Below, in pieces: positions 11,895 to 23,437 of a stretch of DNA of 64,000 nucleotides. This stretch comes from Gammaproteobacteria bacterium (GTDB lineage: Bacteria > Pseudomonadota > Gammaproteobacteria > JBCCGL01). Made by a program: the position numbers and the translations under genes. How positions within the stretch are numbered: the stretch's first letter is position 1; each line of letters opens with the position of its first letter. Location of the stretch: contig OZ255836.1 in NCBI GenBank assembly GCA_965277715.1, forward strand, positions 1,856,001 to 1,920,000, written 5' to 3'. The notes below the pieces were generated by a model that was not told the origin of the DNA, did not search any database, and saw only the letters and a program-made list of their open reading frames with translations.

Positions 11895-12201
11895 AGTGAT
11901 ACCCTCTCAAGCTAATGTATTGATTTATCAGCGTATTCAAAAATACCCTGATAGTATTTAATTGGATCAATGCGCCGTGCGCGCAGGCGCCGAATAAAAA
12001 GTCGGAAACAGTAAACCCAATTGGCCTATAGATCCATGCCATCAAGGTTTACCGGGGAAATATGCCCAAAAAGCGCGCATTTTCCTTTAACGCGCCGCGA
12101 TGAGCAAGCAAACTTTTCCATCGAAATGACTATAACATTACCACTGGTGTGCTATTTGCTCGTAGCATCCTGTGATTAATCAATGGCCTGAACAATTCTA
12201 T

Positions 12202-12231
12202 TTGAAAAAAACTTCGATAATTTGCTATAAT
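12202..12231 (+). promoter_or_regulatory. Putative sigma70 promoter of rpoD
   Basis: TTGAAA-N18-TATAAT with extended -10 (TGcTATAAT), 64 bp before the ATG. Confidence 0.6.
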
Positions 12232-12294
12232 TACTCGTTTATTTTCCCTGCCTTATTCTGGCAATAACCTTCATAATGTGGTGACATTACGCGA

Positions 12295-14115
12295 ATGGAT
12301 CAAGATCAACAATCCCGCTTAAAGCTATTGATCGCCAAGGGCAAAGAACAGGGCTACCTGACCTATGCTGAGGTGAATGATCATTTACCGGATGGCATTG
12401 TCGAGCCAGATCAGGTCGAAGTGATCATCAGCATGATCAACGACATGGGCATTTCTGTGCATGAGACAGCGCCCGATGCCGACAGCCTGATTCTTTCTGA
12501 TAATGTCAGCACTGACGAAGACGCCGCCGATGAAGCGGCGGCGGCGCTGGCCTCAGTAGATAGCGAATTTGGCCGCACCACTGACCCGGTGCGCATGTAC
12601 ATGCGCGAGATGGGCACTGTCGAGCTACTCACCCGTGAGGGTGAAATCGAAATTGCCAAACGTATCGAAGAAGGTCTCAAGCAGGCATTGACGGCACTTG
12701 CCGAATACCCGGCGTCTGCCAATAGCGTCCTCGCCCACTACAAGGCATTCGCCGACGGCAAGGCCCGCCTCAACGACCTGATGAGCGCTCTTATCGACCC
12801 CAATGCCATCGATGAAATCGCCACCCCCGTACAAAAAGACTCCAGCAATACCGAACAACAAGATGACACCGAGGACGAGGCAGAGCCCGTCGATACCGGC
12901 CCCGATCTCAACGAGGTCAAAGCGGTAATGAAAAACCTCAACAGGCTGCACAACAAATCATTGGCGGCACTGCAAAAGTCCGGCAACTTAAAAGATAAGC
13001 GCACGCAGACAGCACTTAGAAAAATGATCGAATTGTTTATGACGATCAAATTCTCCCCTGCATTTGTCGACAAAATGACCACCACCCTACGCGATATTGT
13101 TGCGCGTATTCGTCGCCAGGAGCGCATCATTCGGGATATTTGTATTATCGACTGCAAAATGCCACGGCAGGAATTCCTCGCTGGCTTCCCCGGCAACGAA
13201 TCCAATGACGAATGGTTGCAGGCACAAATCGATGCCGGGCACCCCTGGTCAGCCAGGCTAAACACCTACGCGGGCGAATTGCGTAAATCACAGCGCCGCC
13301 TACGCGCCGTCGAAACCGATTCATCACTGACAATTCACGAAATCAAAGACATCAGCCGCCGCATATCGATTGGCGAGGCAAAAGCCCGCCGCGCCAAGAA
13401 GGAAATGGTTGAAGCTAACCTGCGCCTGGTGATCTCCATCGCCAAAAAATACACCAACCGTGGCCTGCAGTTTCTCGACCTGATTCAGGAGGGCAATATT
13501 GGCCTGATGAAGGCCGTGGATAAATTTGAATACCGCCGGGGCTACAAATTCTCGACCTATGCCACCTGGTGGATTCGCCAGGCGATCACCCGCTCGATTG
13601 CAGACCAAGCGCGCACCATTCGCATTCCGGTTCATATGATCGAGACGATCAACAAGCTCAACCGCATCTCGCGCCACATGTTACAGAAAATGGGCCGCGA
13701 GGCGACGCCGGAAGAGCTGGCGGAAAAAATGGAAATGCCGGAAGATAAAGTGCGCAAAGTATTAAAAATTGCCAAAGAACCCATTTCGATGGAAACCCCG
13801 ATTGGCGACGATGAAGACTCACACCTCGGTGACTTTATCGAAGACCAGGGCGCCGTATCCCCAGTCGAATCGGCGACCAATTCAGGGCTGGGTGAAACCA
13901 CCCACGACGTGTTATCCTGCCTGACGCCACGCGAGGCAAAAGTATTGCGGATGCGTTTCGGTATCGACATGAACACCGACCATACACTGGAAGAAGTCGG
14001 CAAACAATTTGACGTAACGCGCGAGCGGATACGGCAGATAGAAGCCAAAGCGTTACGTAAATTACGCCACCCGACCCGCTCGGAACAGTTGCGCAGCTTC
14101 CTCGACGGCGATTAA
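12295..14115 (+). CDS. rpoD: RNA polymerase sigma factor sigma70
   Basis: Regions 1.1-4: [61 protein letters not shown]. Confidence 0.99.
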   Translation: MDQDQQSRLKLLIAKGKEQGYLTYAEVNDHLPDGIVEPDQVEVIISMINDMGISVHETAPDADSLILSDNVSTDEDAADEAAAALASVDSEFGRTTDPVRMYMREMGTVELLTREGEIEIAKRIEEGLKQALTALAEYPASANSVLAHYKAFADGKARLNDLMSALIDPNAIDEIATPVQKDSSNTEQQDDTEDEAEPVDTGPDLNEVKAVMKNLNRLHNKSLAALQKSGNLKDKRTQTALRKMIELFMTIKFSPAFVDKMTTTLRDIVARIRRQERIIRDICIIDCKMPRQEFLAGFPGNESNDEWLQAQIDAGHPWSARLNTYAGELRKSQRRLRAVETDSSLTIHEIKDISRRISIGEAKARRAKKEMVEANLRLVISIAKKYTNRGLQFLDLIQEGNIGLMKAVDKFEYRRGYKFSTYATWWIRQAITRSIADQARTIRIPVHMIETINKLNRISRHMLQKMGREATPEELAEKMEMPEDKVRKVLKIAKEPISMETPIGDDEDSHLGDFIEDQGAVSPVESATNSGLGETTHDVLSCLTPREAKVLRMRFGIDMNTDHTLEEVGKQFDVTRERIRQIEAKALRKLRHPTRSEQLRSFLDGD

Positions 14116-14160
14116 AATCACCACTCAGGGCAATCGCCCTACCCCACTGTTTAAACATGT

Positions 14161-14237
<77 letters not shown>

Positions 14238-14439
14238 CATCCATTCATTACGCGGGTTTCCGCGTGATTGGTTTCTCCAAAATCATAAGCCTTACTCAAT
14301 TCTTTTCTGGTGCAGGGTGGAATTCCTATACCCATTTTATAGTTGCCAAAGGTGTCTTTCCGAGCTAACTACCTATAAACTCAGATCAAAACCAATTTTT
14401 TATAACACTTGGTAAAACCAAGTGAACTAAGCGAACCAC

Positions 14440-16347
14440 GTGAATTCCCCAAAGCTTTCGTACAGAACTGAAATTGACGGCTTGCGAGCAATAGCTGTTA
14501 TCAGCGTCATTCTTTATCACGTCCAATATGCAAAATTTGGAAGAGTTTGGTTTGAAGGTGGCTTCATTGGTGTGGACATCTTTTTTGTAATCAGTGGCTA
14601 TCTGATTACTCGCATTATTCTTTCGGAACTGCAAACGAAAGACTCCTTTAGCTTTCTAAACTTTTATGAGCGAAGAGCTCGGCGCATATTGCCAATGCTT
14701 TTTGCAGTGATTTTTCTTTCTATGCCATTTGCCTGGGTAATTCTCAGTCCAAGTGACCTAATCGAGCTATCCCAAAGCATCATTTCTTCACTTTTCTTTG
14801 GGTCTAATTTCTTTTTCTATTTTAATACCACTGAGTATGGTGCTGACAACGCTCTTTTAAAGCCTTTTCTTCACACTTGGAGTTTAGGTGTCGAAGAGCA
14901 GTTTTACCTGGTTTTTCCGATCATTGCGATCATTACATTCAAGTACTTCAGAGCGCATTTTTTGACGATCATAGTGGCTCTGTCTCTTGTTAGTTTGCAA
15001 TTTGCAGAGCTAATGGAAGGTCGAAACGCTGATCTGAACTTCTACCTTCCTTTTAGTCGTTTTTGGGAATTGGCTGTTGGTTCTGCGCTCGCGTACAGAG
15101 AGCTTAATTACAAGCCATCAGAAGAAGGATTTGTTAACCGGGTTCTCCCAATGGTTGGTTTGTACTTGGTCACGTACAGTGTCTTGTTTTTTAATGATAA
15201 GACTCCTCATCCAGGTTTTCATACCATCGTTCCAATTTTGGGTGTGGCGCTAATTATTGGGTTTGCCTCAAAAGATGAGTTGGTTGGAAAGATTTTAGGT
15301 AGTAAGCCGTTTGTATGGGTCGGATTAATTAGCTACTCCGCTTATCTTTGGCACTTCCCAATTATGGCATTTATGAGGTCTGCATCATCGAAGATTTATC
15401 TTTCTTCTAAGGATTCAGGTGCCATTATTGTTGCAATTTTTTTTATGTCTTTTTTTTCATATCTTCTCATTGAGCGTCCCTTCAGAAACAGACAGAATTT
15501 GACGGCAAAAAAGTTTTGGGTGATCATGTTTTTTGCATCTTTAACAATCTTAGCTGCAGCGTTTTCTGTAATACAACAAGATGGTTTTCCGAATCGTTAT
15601 CCAAAATATCTGCAAAAATCCTCGTTCGACGATAGGTTCGCAAATTTAGAAATTTTCGACAAATGTCATAGGCTTAGAGGCGAATTTGCAGTTGAGAGAG
15701 ATGAATTTTGTTCTTTGGGCGAGGGCTCGAATGACGTATTCCTTATAGGTGACAGCCATATGGTCTCTATCGCTTTCAAACTAATGGAGGGTCTTCAACA
15801 AAGAGACGGAAAATTATTTCTTATGACGAGAGCCGGCAGTTTATTTGGAAGAAACAAAAAGCTTGACATTGCTCGCTTGGATTATTTGAAGGGCGTTGCA
15901 GACAGCACGGTTATTTTTGGTGGGTATGCCCACAGAGAAAATAGTGAATTTTTTAATTCCGTTCGCGATCAGTACGTGGATTTATTCAATGGATTGGAAG
16001 AGAGAAATAACAGCGTTGTGATCATTTACCCCATCCCATCAACCAACATACAGGCAAGAGGATTGAAGTTTGAATATATCGTCAATGGAAGGTTACTTGA
16101 TAAAACTTCTGCCCTGCAGACGTTTGAGAGTGAGTCAGCGGATGCGTACAGTTTTTATGATTCGTTCTCCAATGACAATATCTCCCGTATTTACCCAAAA
16201 GATTTTCTATGTGATGAGTCAACGTGCTTTGGTGTAAAGGATGGGCGGATACTTATTAGCGATATAGCTCACCCCTCGAATCTAACGGCAGAATGGATTG
16301 TGAATAAATTGTTTTCTGAATTGCATTGGGATGTGTTGGACATTTAA
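14440..16347 (+). CDS. Acyltransferase-3 plus SGNH domain O-acyltransferase (OafA/OatA-like)
   Basis: YRTEIDGLRAIAV, GGFIGVDIFFVISGYLI and HTWSLGVEEQFY motifs; C-terminal GDSH and DxxH; AT-rich compared with the flanks. Confidence 0.93.
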   Translation: MNSPKLSYRTEIDGLRAIAVISVILYHVQYAKFGRVWFEGGFIGVDIFFVISGYLITRIILSELQTKDSFSFLNFYERRARRILPMLFAVIFLSMPFAWVILSPSDLIELSQSIISSLFFGSNFFFYFNTTEYGADNALLKPFLHTWSLGVEEQFYLVFPIIAIITFKYFRAHFLTIIVALSLVSLQFAELMEGRNADLNFYLPFSRFWELAVGSALAYRELNYKPSEEGFVNRVLPMVGLYLVTYSVLFFNDKTPHPGFHTIVPILGVALIIGFASKDELVGKILGSKPFVWVGLISYSAYLWHFPIMAFMRSASSKIYLSSKDSGAIIVAIFFMSFFSYLLIERPFRNRQNLTAKKFWVIMFFASLTILAAAFSVIQQDGFPNRYPKYLQKSSFDDRFANLEIFDKCHRLRGEFAVERDEFCSLGEGSNDVFLIGDSHMVSIAFKLMEGLQQRDGKLFLMTRAGSLFGRNKKLDIARLDYLKGVADSTVIFGGYAHRENSEFFNSVRDQYVDLFNGLEERNNSVVIIYPIPSTNIQARGLKFEYIVNGRLLDKTSALQTFESESADAYSFYDSFSNDNISRIYPKDFLCDESTCFGVKDGRILISDIAHPSNLTAEWIVNKLFSELHWDVLDI

Positions 16348-16621
16348 TAACTTCTGGCAAGAACTTCTGGGATAGGCATCAAATCATTGACAGTAAGCGC
16401 CAAACCAACTACCTGTTGAAATTCCACGACAGTGACGTATCCACATCTTCCAGTGCAGACATATGTGTCTCAAATATGCAGGCGGTTCAATGTGATTGGC
16501 CTTGGCCGTAGTACTGCCCTGACTAGCGCTGAACACCTACTTCCTGCGGCCAATCACAAAAGGCCGGAGGGTATTTTCGGCCCGATTGTTGCCTAATTGA
16601 CATCAATTTAATACATGAGGT

Positions 16622-16831
16622 CTAGGAAACCACGTCTTTAACCGCTTCCGTGGTTACAAATGAAGACGTGCTTGCGGTATACGGCAAGGTGGTAATGCTC
16701 TCACCAAGGATACGACGGAAGCTTTGGATGTCAGCGGTGCGAACCTTCAAGAGATAGTCGAACGACCCCGCAATCATGTGGCATTGCTCGACTTCAGGGA
16801 TATTCAGAACAGCCTGGTTAAACGCCTGTAG
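16622..16831 (-). pseudogene. putR: C-terminal remnant of the Lrp/AsnC regulator PutR
   Basis: Manual translation: LQAFNQAVLNIPEVEQCHMIAGSFDYLLKVRTADIQSFRRILGESITTLPYTASTSSFVTTEAVKD*; no start or HTH; divergent from putA. Confidence 0.85.
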
Positions 16832-17000
16832 AGTGATAGCATATGCTCGTTATGCCGATAGAGTCTATTTTAGTGTTTCTATTACTAACGTCTATCAAGG
16901 CGGGCTTATGCCCAGTGAACAGGCTACCGGCGGGAATCATTCACTTTTATTCACTGCACTCAAATCTCATTAAATTTGAAAACATACAGGGCTAATTAGC

Positions 17001-20000
17001 ATGAACAACTCCGATGTATTTAGCAGGGAAGACGGCAGCGATTATCGTGTCGCTGTGCGTAAAAATTATGCGGCGGACGAGGCGACAGTAATACGCAATT
17101 TGATCGCATCTATTCGACTGAGTGCGGCCGAACGCGAAACTATCGCCGCAGCAGGCGCGAAAATGGTCGACCGTGTAAGACAGGAAACCACACCATCGAT
17201 GATGGAAAGTTTTCTCGCCGAATATGGTCTTTCGAGCGATGAGGGCGTCGGCCTGATGTGTCTCGCGGAAGCATTGCTGCGCGTTCCTGACGCCGAAACT
17301 ATCGACGATCTTATTCAGGACAAGATCGAACCTTCCAACTGGAGTGCCCACCTCGGCAACTCCGCCTCACCGTTGATCAACGCCTCTACCTGGGCACTGT
17401 TGTTGACGGGCAAGGTGCTCGAAGACGCCCCGAAAGGACCTGCAGCAGTGCTGCGTGGCCTTATCCGGCGTGTCGGTGAACCGCTAGTGAGGACTGCGGT
17501 TGCGCAAGCGATGAAGTTGCTCGGTCGCCAGTTTGTACTCGGCCAGACGATTGAAGAGGGTTTGTGCAACGCACGCGAGCTCGAACACGCGGGCTACACC
17601 TACTCCTACGACATGCTCGGCGAGGCCGCACGCACCGAGGCGGACGCGATTCGCTACCACCAGGCTTACGCCACAGCGATTGGCGAGATCGCGCAGCAGG
17701 CGAAGGGTGATGTCCGCTCCAGCCCGGGCATTTCGGTGAAGCTGTCCGCGCTGCACCCGCGCTACGAATACACGCACTACGCAACCGTCATGGCCGAGCT
17801 GGTGCCGCGCACCATCGACCTGGCCCGCCAGGCCGCCGCTGCTAACATCGGTTTCAATATCGATGCCGAAGAGCAGGACCGACTGGATTTATCGCTGAGC
17901 GTGATCGAGGTTCTAATGTCCACCCCGTCGCTCGCGGGATGGGATGGGCTAGGCATTGTGGTGCAGGCCTACGGCAAGCGCGCCGCAGCGGTTATCGAGG
18001 CACTCTACGATATGGCCAAACGCAACGACCGCAAAATCATGGTGCGCCTGGTCAAGGGCGCTTACTGGGATACCGAGGTGAAACTGGCGCAGGAGCTTGG
18101 CGTGTCGTCGTTTCCTGTTTTTACACGCAAGATTAACACCGATGTCAGCTACATGGCCTGCACACAAATGCTGATGGACAGGTGCGACCGGATTTACCCG
18201 CAGTTCGCGACCCACAATGCGCATACCTGCGCCGCAGTGATGGCATTAGCGGGCAATGACCTCAATAGCTTCGAATTCCAGCGCCTGCACGGTATGGGTG
18301 AATCGCTGCACAATATCGTGCGCGACACCCATGGCGTACACTGTCGCATCTACGCGCCGGTCGGCGCACATCGCGACCTACTCGCCTACCTCGTGCGGCG
18401 CCTGCTCGAAAACGGCACCAACAGTTCATTCGTCAACCAGATCGTCGACGAGAAGATTTCATCAGAGTCGATAACCAGCGACCCGGTGGCCGAGGTCGGG
18501 GCGCTCGGTGATGCGATCTCTAACCCGATGATACGCATGCCGCACGCACTGTTTGCGCCGCAGCGTCGCAACTCAAAAGGTTACCGCATCAACGAACCGG
18601 CATCGATTACCGCCTTACTCAAAGCGCGTGAACAATACACCGACCACATCTGGTACGCGGCGCCGATGATTGCCGGTATTGCCACAGCGAGCGGAGCGCT
18701 GCGAAAAGTCACTTCCCCGGCCGATGAAAACCGAATTGTCGCCGAAGTGCGGGAAGCAACCCCGGAAGAAGTGGCGCAGGCACTCGATGCCGCCCAGGGT
18801 GGGTTTAACGAATGGTCGACCATGTCAGTTGCCCGCCGCACCGAAATACTGCGCAAGGCGGCCGATCTGTACGAGGAAAATATCGCCGAACTGATCGCAA
18901 TCACCACGCGTGAGGCTGGCAAGACAGTGCCCGATGGCATCGCCGAGGTGCGCGAAGCGGTCGATTTCCTGCGTTTTTACGCCGACGAAGCCGAGCGCCT
19001 CGAAGACGAAGCACCGGCCACGCCCTGCGGTATATTTGTCTGCATCAGCCCGTGGAACTTTCCATTGGCCATCTTTAGCGGCCAGATCGCGGCCGCACTC
19101 GCGGCGGGCAACGCCGTGCTCGCCAAACCAGCGGAACAGACGCCCGTAATCGCGGCGCGCGCGGTTGTGCTGATGCGTGAGGCCGGATTACCGGAAGCGG
19201 CGCTGCAATTGCTGCCGGGCGACGGTCCCACGGTCGGCGGCCCGCTAACCTCTGATCCGCGCATTGCTGGCGTTTGCTTCACCGGGTCGACCGAAGTCGC
19301 CCAAACCATTCACAGGGCGCTGGCGCAAAACGCCGGGCCGGATGCGGTGCTTATCGCCGAAACCGGGGGGCTAAACGCAATGATCGTCGACAGTACCGCG
19401 CTTACAGAGCAGGCGGTGCGCGATATTCTGATATCGTCGTTTCAATCGGCCGGCCAGCGCTGCTCGGCGCTGCGTATGCTCTACGTGCAGGAAGAGACCC
19501 GCGAGCGGCTGCTGGAAATGCTCTACGGTGCGATGGAGGCGCTGTCGATCGGCGATCCGTGGAATCTCGACACCGATGTCTCACCGGTGATCGATGCCGA
19601 TGCACAGCAGAGCATCAACACCTACACCGCGCAGCACGAGGCAGCGGGGAAACTGCTGAAAAAATTACCGGCCCCGGAACAGGGTACTTACGTTTCACCG
19701 GCGGTGATCGCCGTCGACGGTATTGCCGATATGGCGCGTGAAGTTTTCGGCCCGATCCTACACGTAGCGGGTTTCAAGGCCCGCGATATAGACCGGATCG
19801 TCGACGACATCAATACACGCGAATACGGGCTGACCTTTGGTCTGCACACACGCATCGACGGCCGTGTGCAGCAAATCGTCGAACGCATTCACGTCGGCAA
19901 CACTTATGTCAACCGCAACCAGATCGGTGCCATTGTCGGCTCCCAACCCTTCGGCGGAGAAGGACTATCCGGTACTGGCCCAAAGGCGGGCGGGCCGCAC

Positions 20001-20666
20001 TACGTTAAACGTTTCCAACGCAGTGGTGAACCTAAGACGCACGATGCGCCGACCGCCTCCACAGTGGCCACGCAACAGATCCAGCACAGTATCGAAGCGC
20101 TCGATGCGCGTAACTGGTCGGCGCGGCTGGACCGTGTCGCAGTGCTGCGCAAGGCACTGGCAGGCAGCGGCAGCTTAATTCGCAAAGCCCTCGCCGAGAC
20201 AGCGGCCTTCGATATGACACCGCAAACACTGCCAGGGCCGACCGGAGAAAGTAATCGCCTCAGTCTCTACCCAAAGGGTACGGTCCTGTGCCTTGGGCCG
20301 ACCGCCGAAATCGCAATCGCCCAGGCTGCCCAGGCACTCGGTGCGGGCTGCCCTGTCGTTATCGTGGCACCTGATGTCGACAAGCCTGCCCGGTCCCTGG
20401 TTGAGGCAGGTGCCCCGCTGGCGTTTTTTAATGGCACAGTAGAAGCAGATACGCTCAGTGCGCTGAAAGGCATAGCGGCGGTGGCAGCAGCAGGCACCTC
20501 CGATTGGACACGTGCGCTGAGAATTGCCCTTGCGCAACGGCCGGGAGCCATCGTCCCGCTCGAAAGCCAGGAAATTGCACCCGAGCGCTACATCATCGAA
20601 CGCCACCTGTGTATCGATACTACCGCTGCGGGCGGTAACGCCAGCCTACTGGCTGCGGTCGACTGA
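17001..20666 (+). CDS. putA: Bifunctional proline dehydrogenase / P5C dehydrogenase
   Basis: SYDMLGEAA, RLVKGAYWD, EFQRLHGMGE, ETGGLN, SAGQRCSALR, GGEGLSGTGPKAGGP and DTTAAGGNASL motifs. Confidence 0.97.
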   Translation: MNNSDVFSREDGSDYRVAVRKNYAADEATVIRNLIASIRLSAAERETIAAAGAKMVDRVRQETTPSMMESFLAEYGLSSDEGVGLMCLAEALLRVPDAETIDDLIQDKIEPSNWSAHLGNSASPLINASTWALLLTGKVLEDAPKGPAAVLRGLIRRVGEPLVRTAVAQAMKLLGRQFVLGQTIEEGLCNARELEHAGYTYSYDMLGEAARTEADAIRYHQAYATAIGEIAQQAKGDVRSSPGISVKLSALHPRYEYTHYATVMAELVPRTIDLARQAAAANIGFNIDAEEQDRLDLSLSVIEVLMSTPSLAGWDGLGIVVQAYGKRAAAVIEALYDMAKRNDRKIMVRLVKGAYWDTEVKLAQELGVSSFPVFTRKINTDVSYMACTQMLMDRCDRIYPQFATHNAHTCAAVMALAGNDLNSFEFQRLHGMGESLHNIVRDTHGVHCRIYAPVGAHRDLLAYLVRRLLENGTNSSFVNQIVDEKISSESITSDPVAEVGALGDAISNPMIRMPHALFAPQRRNSKGYRINEPASITALLKAREQYTDHIWYAAPMIAGIATASGALRKVTSPADENRIVAEVREATPEEVAQALDAAQGGFNEWSTMSVARRTEILRKAADLYEENIAELIAITTREAGKTVPDGIAEVREAVDFLRFYADEAERLEDEAPATPCGIFVCISPWNFPLAIFSGQIAAALAAGNAVLAKPAEQTPVIAARAVVLMREAGLPEAALQLLPGDGPTVGGPLTSDPRIAGVCFTGSTEVAQTIHRALAQNAGPDAVLIAETGGLNAMIVDSTALTEQAVRDILISSFQSAGQRCSALRMLYVQEETRERLLEMLYGAMEALSIGDPWNLDTDVSPVIDADAQQSINTYTAQHEAAGKLLKKLPAPEQGTYVSPAVIAVDGIADMAREVFGPILHVAGFKARDIDRIVDDINTREYGLTFGLHTRIDGRVQQIVERIHVGNTYVNRNQIGAIVGSQPFGGEGLSGTGPKAGGPHYVKRFQRSGEPKTHDAPTASTVATQQIQHSIEALDARNWSARLDRVAVLRKALAGSGSLIRKALAETAAFDMTPQTLPGPTGESNRLSLYPKGTVLCLGPTAEIAIAQAAQALGAGCPVVIVAPDVDKPARSLVEAGAPLAFFNGTVEADTLSALKGIAAVAAAGTSDWTRALRIALAQRPGAIVPLESQEIAPERYIIERHLCIDTTAAGGNASLLAAVD

Positions 20667-20714
20667 CCGAAAACAGCCCCACAAATAGCCCAGGTAACAG
20701 CATGCCCGTTGTAC

Positions 20715-20845
20715 TAAAAACCGAATTCAAGGATGATTTTTTCGCCATCCAGCCTGGCCAGCAGGTGCTGCCCCTGTTTATGCCGATTTGCTGGCGGATA
20801 TTGGCGGGGTGACAACACGCCCGCTTTGACCGACAGCGATAAAGA
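20715..20845 (-). pseudogene. Frameshifted AbrB/MazE/SpoVT-family antitoxin remnant
   Basis: Reconstructed across two single-base losses: IAVGQSGRVV(I)PANIRQQIGI(K)QGQHLLARLDGEKIILE. Confidence 0.6.
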
Positions 20846-20989
20846 AATACGATTTTAATAAAAGCTTACGTTATAAACAGTGGTTGTCTTTTTTTAGATG
20901 CAAAAGCCAGCCGAACCACCAATAACAAAAAATCAGTCAAGGTAATAGTTAACTCAATATAGTGGTTTAACTTTTCCATTAATAATTGC

Positions 20990-21541
20990 TCACCTGAGCA
21001 AAACCATCTCCCACACCGAGTAATTTATCTCAGCACTGGTGCAGAGCTGGAGTGATAGTACGCGCCACCTATCGAGTGGTGAGTAGGTGACAGATGATGC
21101 ATTACCAACAGCCAGGCATAACTCAGATCCACGAAGTTTCAACTGGCCATTCCTCGTATAATCAAATTTTTGCAGGTCAGAAGTATCGAAAAATGCAGTA
21201 CGCTGATCACAAGGGCGAAGCAGAATCGACGTGCCTGGTAACACAGTATTGTTTACGCCGAATGCGGTGACGCAAACATTCGCACCCGGAAACAGTAACT
21301 GCCCCTGGTTGGTGTAAATGATCGTGCTATCGGGTGTTGCACCGCCTTTACAATTGTGTGCAAACAGTGGCAAATCCACACGTAAATTATTACCTGTTCC
21401 CAAGATGTCCAGGCAATATCCATCACCCGGGCGATCCAGACGGTCTTTCAGGCGTACATGGACTAAATCCATCGCGGCGACATTCGTGGTGATGATTGCA
21501 GTCAAAGCTGAAGCGAATAACGAAAAGCGCAATTTTTTCAA
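20990..21541 (-). CDS. Secreted ricin-type beta-trefoil lectin-like protein
   Basis: Signal peptide; GYCLDI..AHNCK, CVT..LRPC and GQL..ELCL repeats. Confidence 0.7.
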   Translation of the reverse strand: MKKLRFSLFASALTAIITTNVAAMDLVHVRLKDRLDRPGDGYCLDILGTGNNLRVDLPLFAHNCKGGATPDSTIIYTNQGQLLFPGANVCVTAFGVNNTVLPGTSILLRPCDQRTAFFDTSDLQKFDYTRNGQLKLRGSELCLAVGNASSVTYSPLDRWRVLSLQLCTSAEINYSVWEMVLLR

Positions 21542-21587
21542 AGTCTTACCCTCTGTTAAAGTACAGGTGCCCAGTGTGCTCCCTGTA

Positions 21588-23147
21588 TTAACAATGATTG
21601 GTCAAGGTCTTCTGATCTTTGTGACGACATGTGAGCATGTTAATGTCTCGTTGGTTGGAAAAATCGATCGTATCGAGAAATTTAAAAGCAGCATTGAATG
21701 AAGCGAGTAGATGCTCTGCCAGATTGTGCGTTAAATTGCTTTTTACGACAATGCGGAACATAGTCCGTTGACTATCTTCATCGTGGAAAAGGGAAATATT
21801 TTCCTCAGTGAGAGGATCGTTGAATCCCATACGATAGCCACTGACGTACCAGTGATGTTGTGATAATACATGTTGTAAATCGATATCATCGTAAGCAAAT
21901 TCACACGCTGGGTTTAACGCAGCAGTTACAACAGGTAAACAGTGCTGGTCGCCATCGTCTAAAATAACGAACCTGGGTGTGTTGTTGTAGGTCATCGCCT
22001 TTAATGCATCACGTAAAAACTTTGCGGTTTTCATCATGTTATCACAGCATTTTTGATAGCCCGATACGCCATAGCGCAGTAGTTTGTAATATTGGACGTA
22101 TACACCGCTGGCAGGTCTTGAAAAATTGAGTGTATAAGACTCGGCTTTACCACCAAGATAAGTGACTGAAATGGCGATATGTTCACTCAGATCTTTGCGT
22201 TGACGCCAGACTACCCAGCCTGTGCCACAGCAGGATTCGCCATACTTGTGGCCGCTTGCGGAAATAGACAATACGTTGTCTAGTCGAAAATCCCAGTCGG
22301 GTAGCCCGTCTTGAAAAGGTGCAATGAATCCTCCAGAGGCAGCATCGACATGGATACCGACCTGGTATCCTTTTTCCTTATTCACAGTCTCAACAACCTT
22401 GTTTATCTCCCACACAGGGTCGTACTGGCCACCGTAATGGTTACCCATAATACAGACCACGCCAATCGTATTTTCATCAATGGCCTCCCGAACGGCTTCT
22501 GGGCATAGTTTAAAAGTGCCGACTGAGGGGCTGATAAGTTTTGGCTCAATATCCATGTATCTAAACAGCTTTTCCCAGGCCGCCTGGAAACACGTGGACA
22601 TCACCACATTGGGGCGTATACCGAGTGTTTGATCAGTGGTTATATTTTTGCGTGCGGCATACCAGGTCCGCCAGCGAAATTTGAGTGCCAGACCAGCCAA
22701 TAAACACGCTTCAGTGGACCCTACAGTACCTGCGCCAGCGTAAACACCGTACTCATCGAAGTCATCGGGTTGAGGACAATGCCAGAGCCGTGCAATCATA
22801 TTGATCACGCTGTTATGCATTTTATAAGATTGCGGATACACGGTTTGATCAGCCAGATTTACTCGCATACCCATTAACGCCACAGCTTCCTCCTCCTCCT
22901 CAAAACTGACATTGACATAAGAAGATGTGTTAAGCCTTTCGTCAAAATCCAGGGCGTGATTGTTCTTAATGATAGTTTTAATGGTGCCAGCTGCTTGCCC
23001 AGATGCAGGTATTTCGGTCATATTGAGCCAATCGTGTTGGGCCAATGGGGAAATATAATAGGGCTCTTGCTTTTGCTGCTTGATCTGTTCCAATTCTGCG
23101 CGTAGCGTATTGATTTCTTCTTGTAATATGCTGGCTTTATCGGGCAT
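21588..23147 (-). CDS. Glutamate decarboxylase-like PLP-dependent decarboxylase
   Basis: TVGSTEA, WEKLFRY, IHVDAASGGF.APF, SGHKYG and TLNFSRP motifs; likely start ATG 23147. Confidence 0.88.
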   Translation of the reverse strand: MPDKASILQEEINTLRAELEQIKQQKQEPYYISPLAQHDWLNMTEIPASGQAAGTIKTIIKNNHALDFDERLNTSSYVNVSFEEEEEAVALMGMRVNLADQTVYPQSYKMHNSVINMIARLWHCPQPDDFDEYGVYAGAGTVGSTEACLLAGLALKFRWRTWYAARKNITTDQTLGIRPNVVMSTCFQAAWEKLFRYMDIEPKLISPSVGTFKLCPEAVREAIDENTIGVVCIMGNHYGGQYDPVWEINKVVETVNKEKGYQVGIHVDAASGGFIAPFQDGLPDWDFRLDNVLSISASGHKYGESCCGTGWVVWRQRKDLSEHIAISVTYLGGKAESYTLNFSRPASGVYVQYYKLLRYGVSGYQKCCDNMMKTAKFLRDALKAMTYNNTPRFVILDDGDQHCLPVVTAALNPACEFAYDDIDLQHVLSQHHWYVSGYRMGFNDPLTEENISLFHDEDSQRTMFRIVVKSNLTHNLAEHLLASFNAAFKFLDTIDFSNQRDINMLTCRHKDQKTLTNHC

Positions 23148-23327
23148 GTTGTTTCCTCGCAATATGATAGTAATTAAAGGGATCGGTAGTCTTTATAATA
23201 CCTGACCACTCGGTGCAGAATCTGTGACATGAGTAACTAAGAATAAAGGAAGACAGACCACAATTCAGGTAAAGCTGAACCCGGTGAAGCCATCGGCGAC
23301 GAATTGTTCACAGATTTTCACATAATC

Positions 23328-23400
23328 TGCTTCCCCCATCTGCGTGTCGATGACGCCCGGGTGAATCGAATCAACGCGTATCGGCTCGCCTTTGCTGGCA
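23328..23400 (-). pseudogene. Short-chain dehydrogenase (SDR) fragment
   Basis: ASKGEPIRVDSIHPGVIDTQMG resembles the SDR IRVNxxxPGxxxT motif. Confidence 0.6.
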
Positions 23401-23437
23401 AAGGTGACAGCAGCCTGGCCGATAAGGGTGCCCTGCC

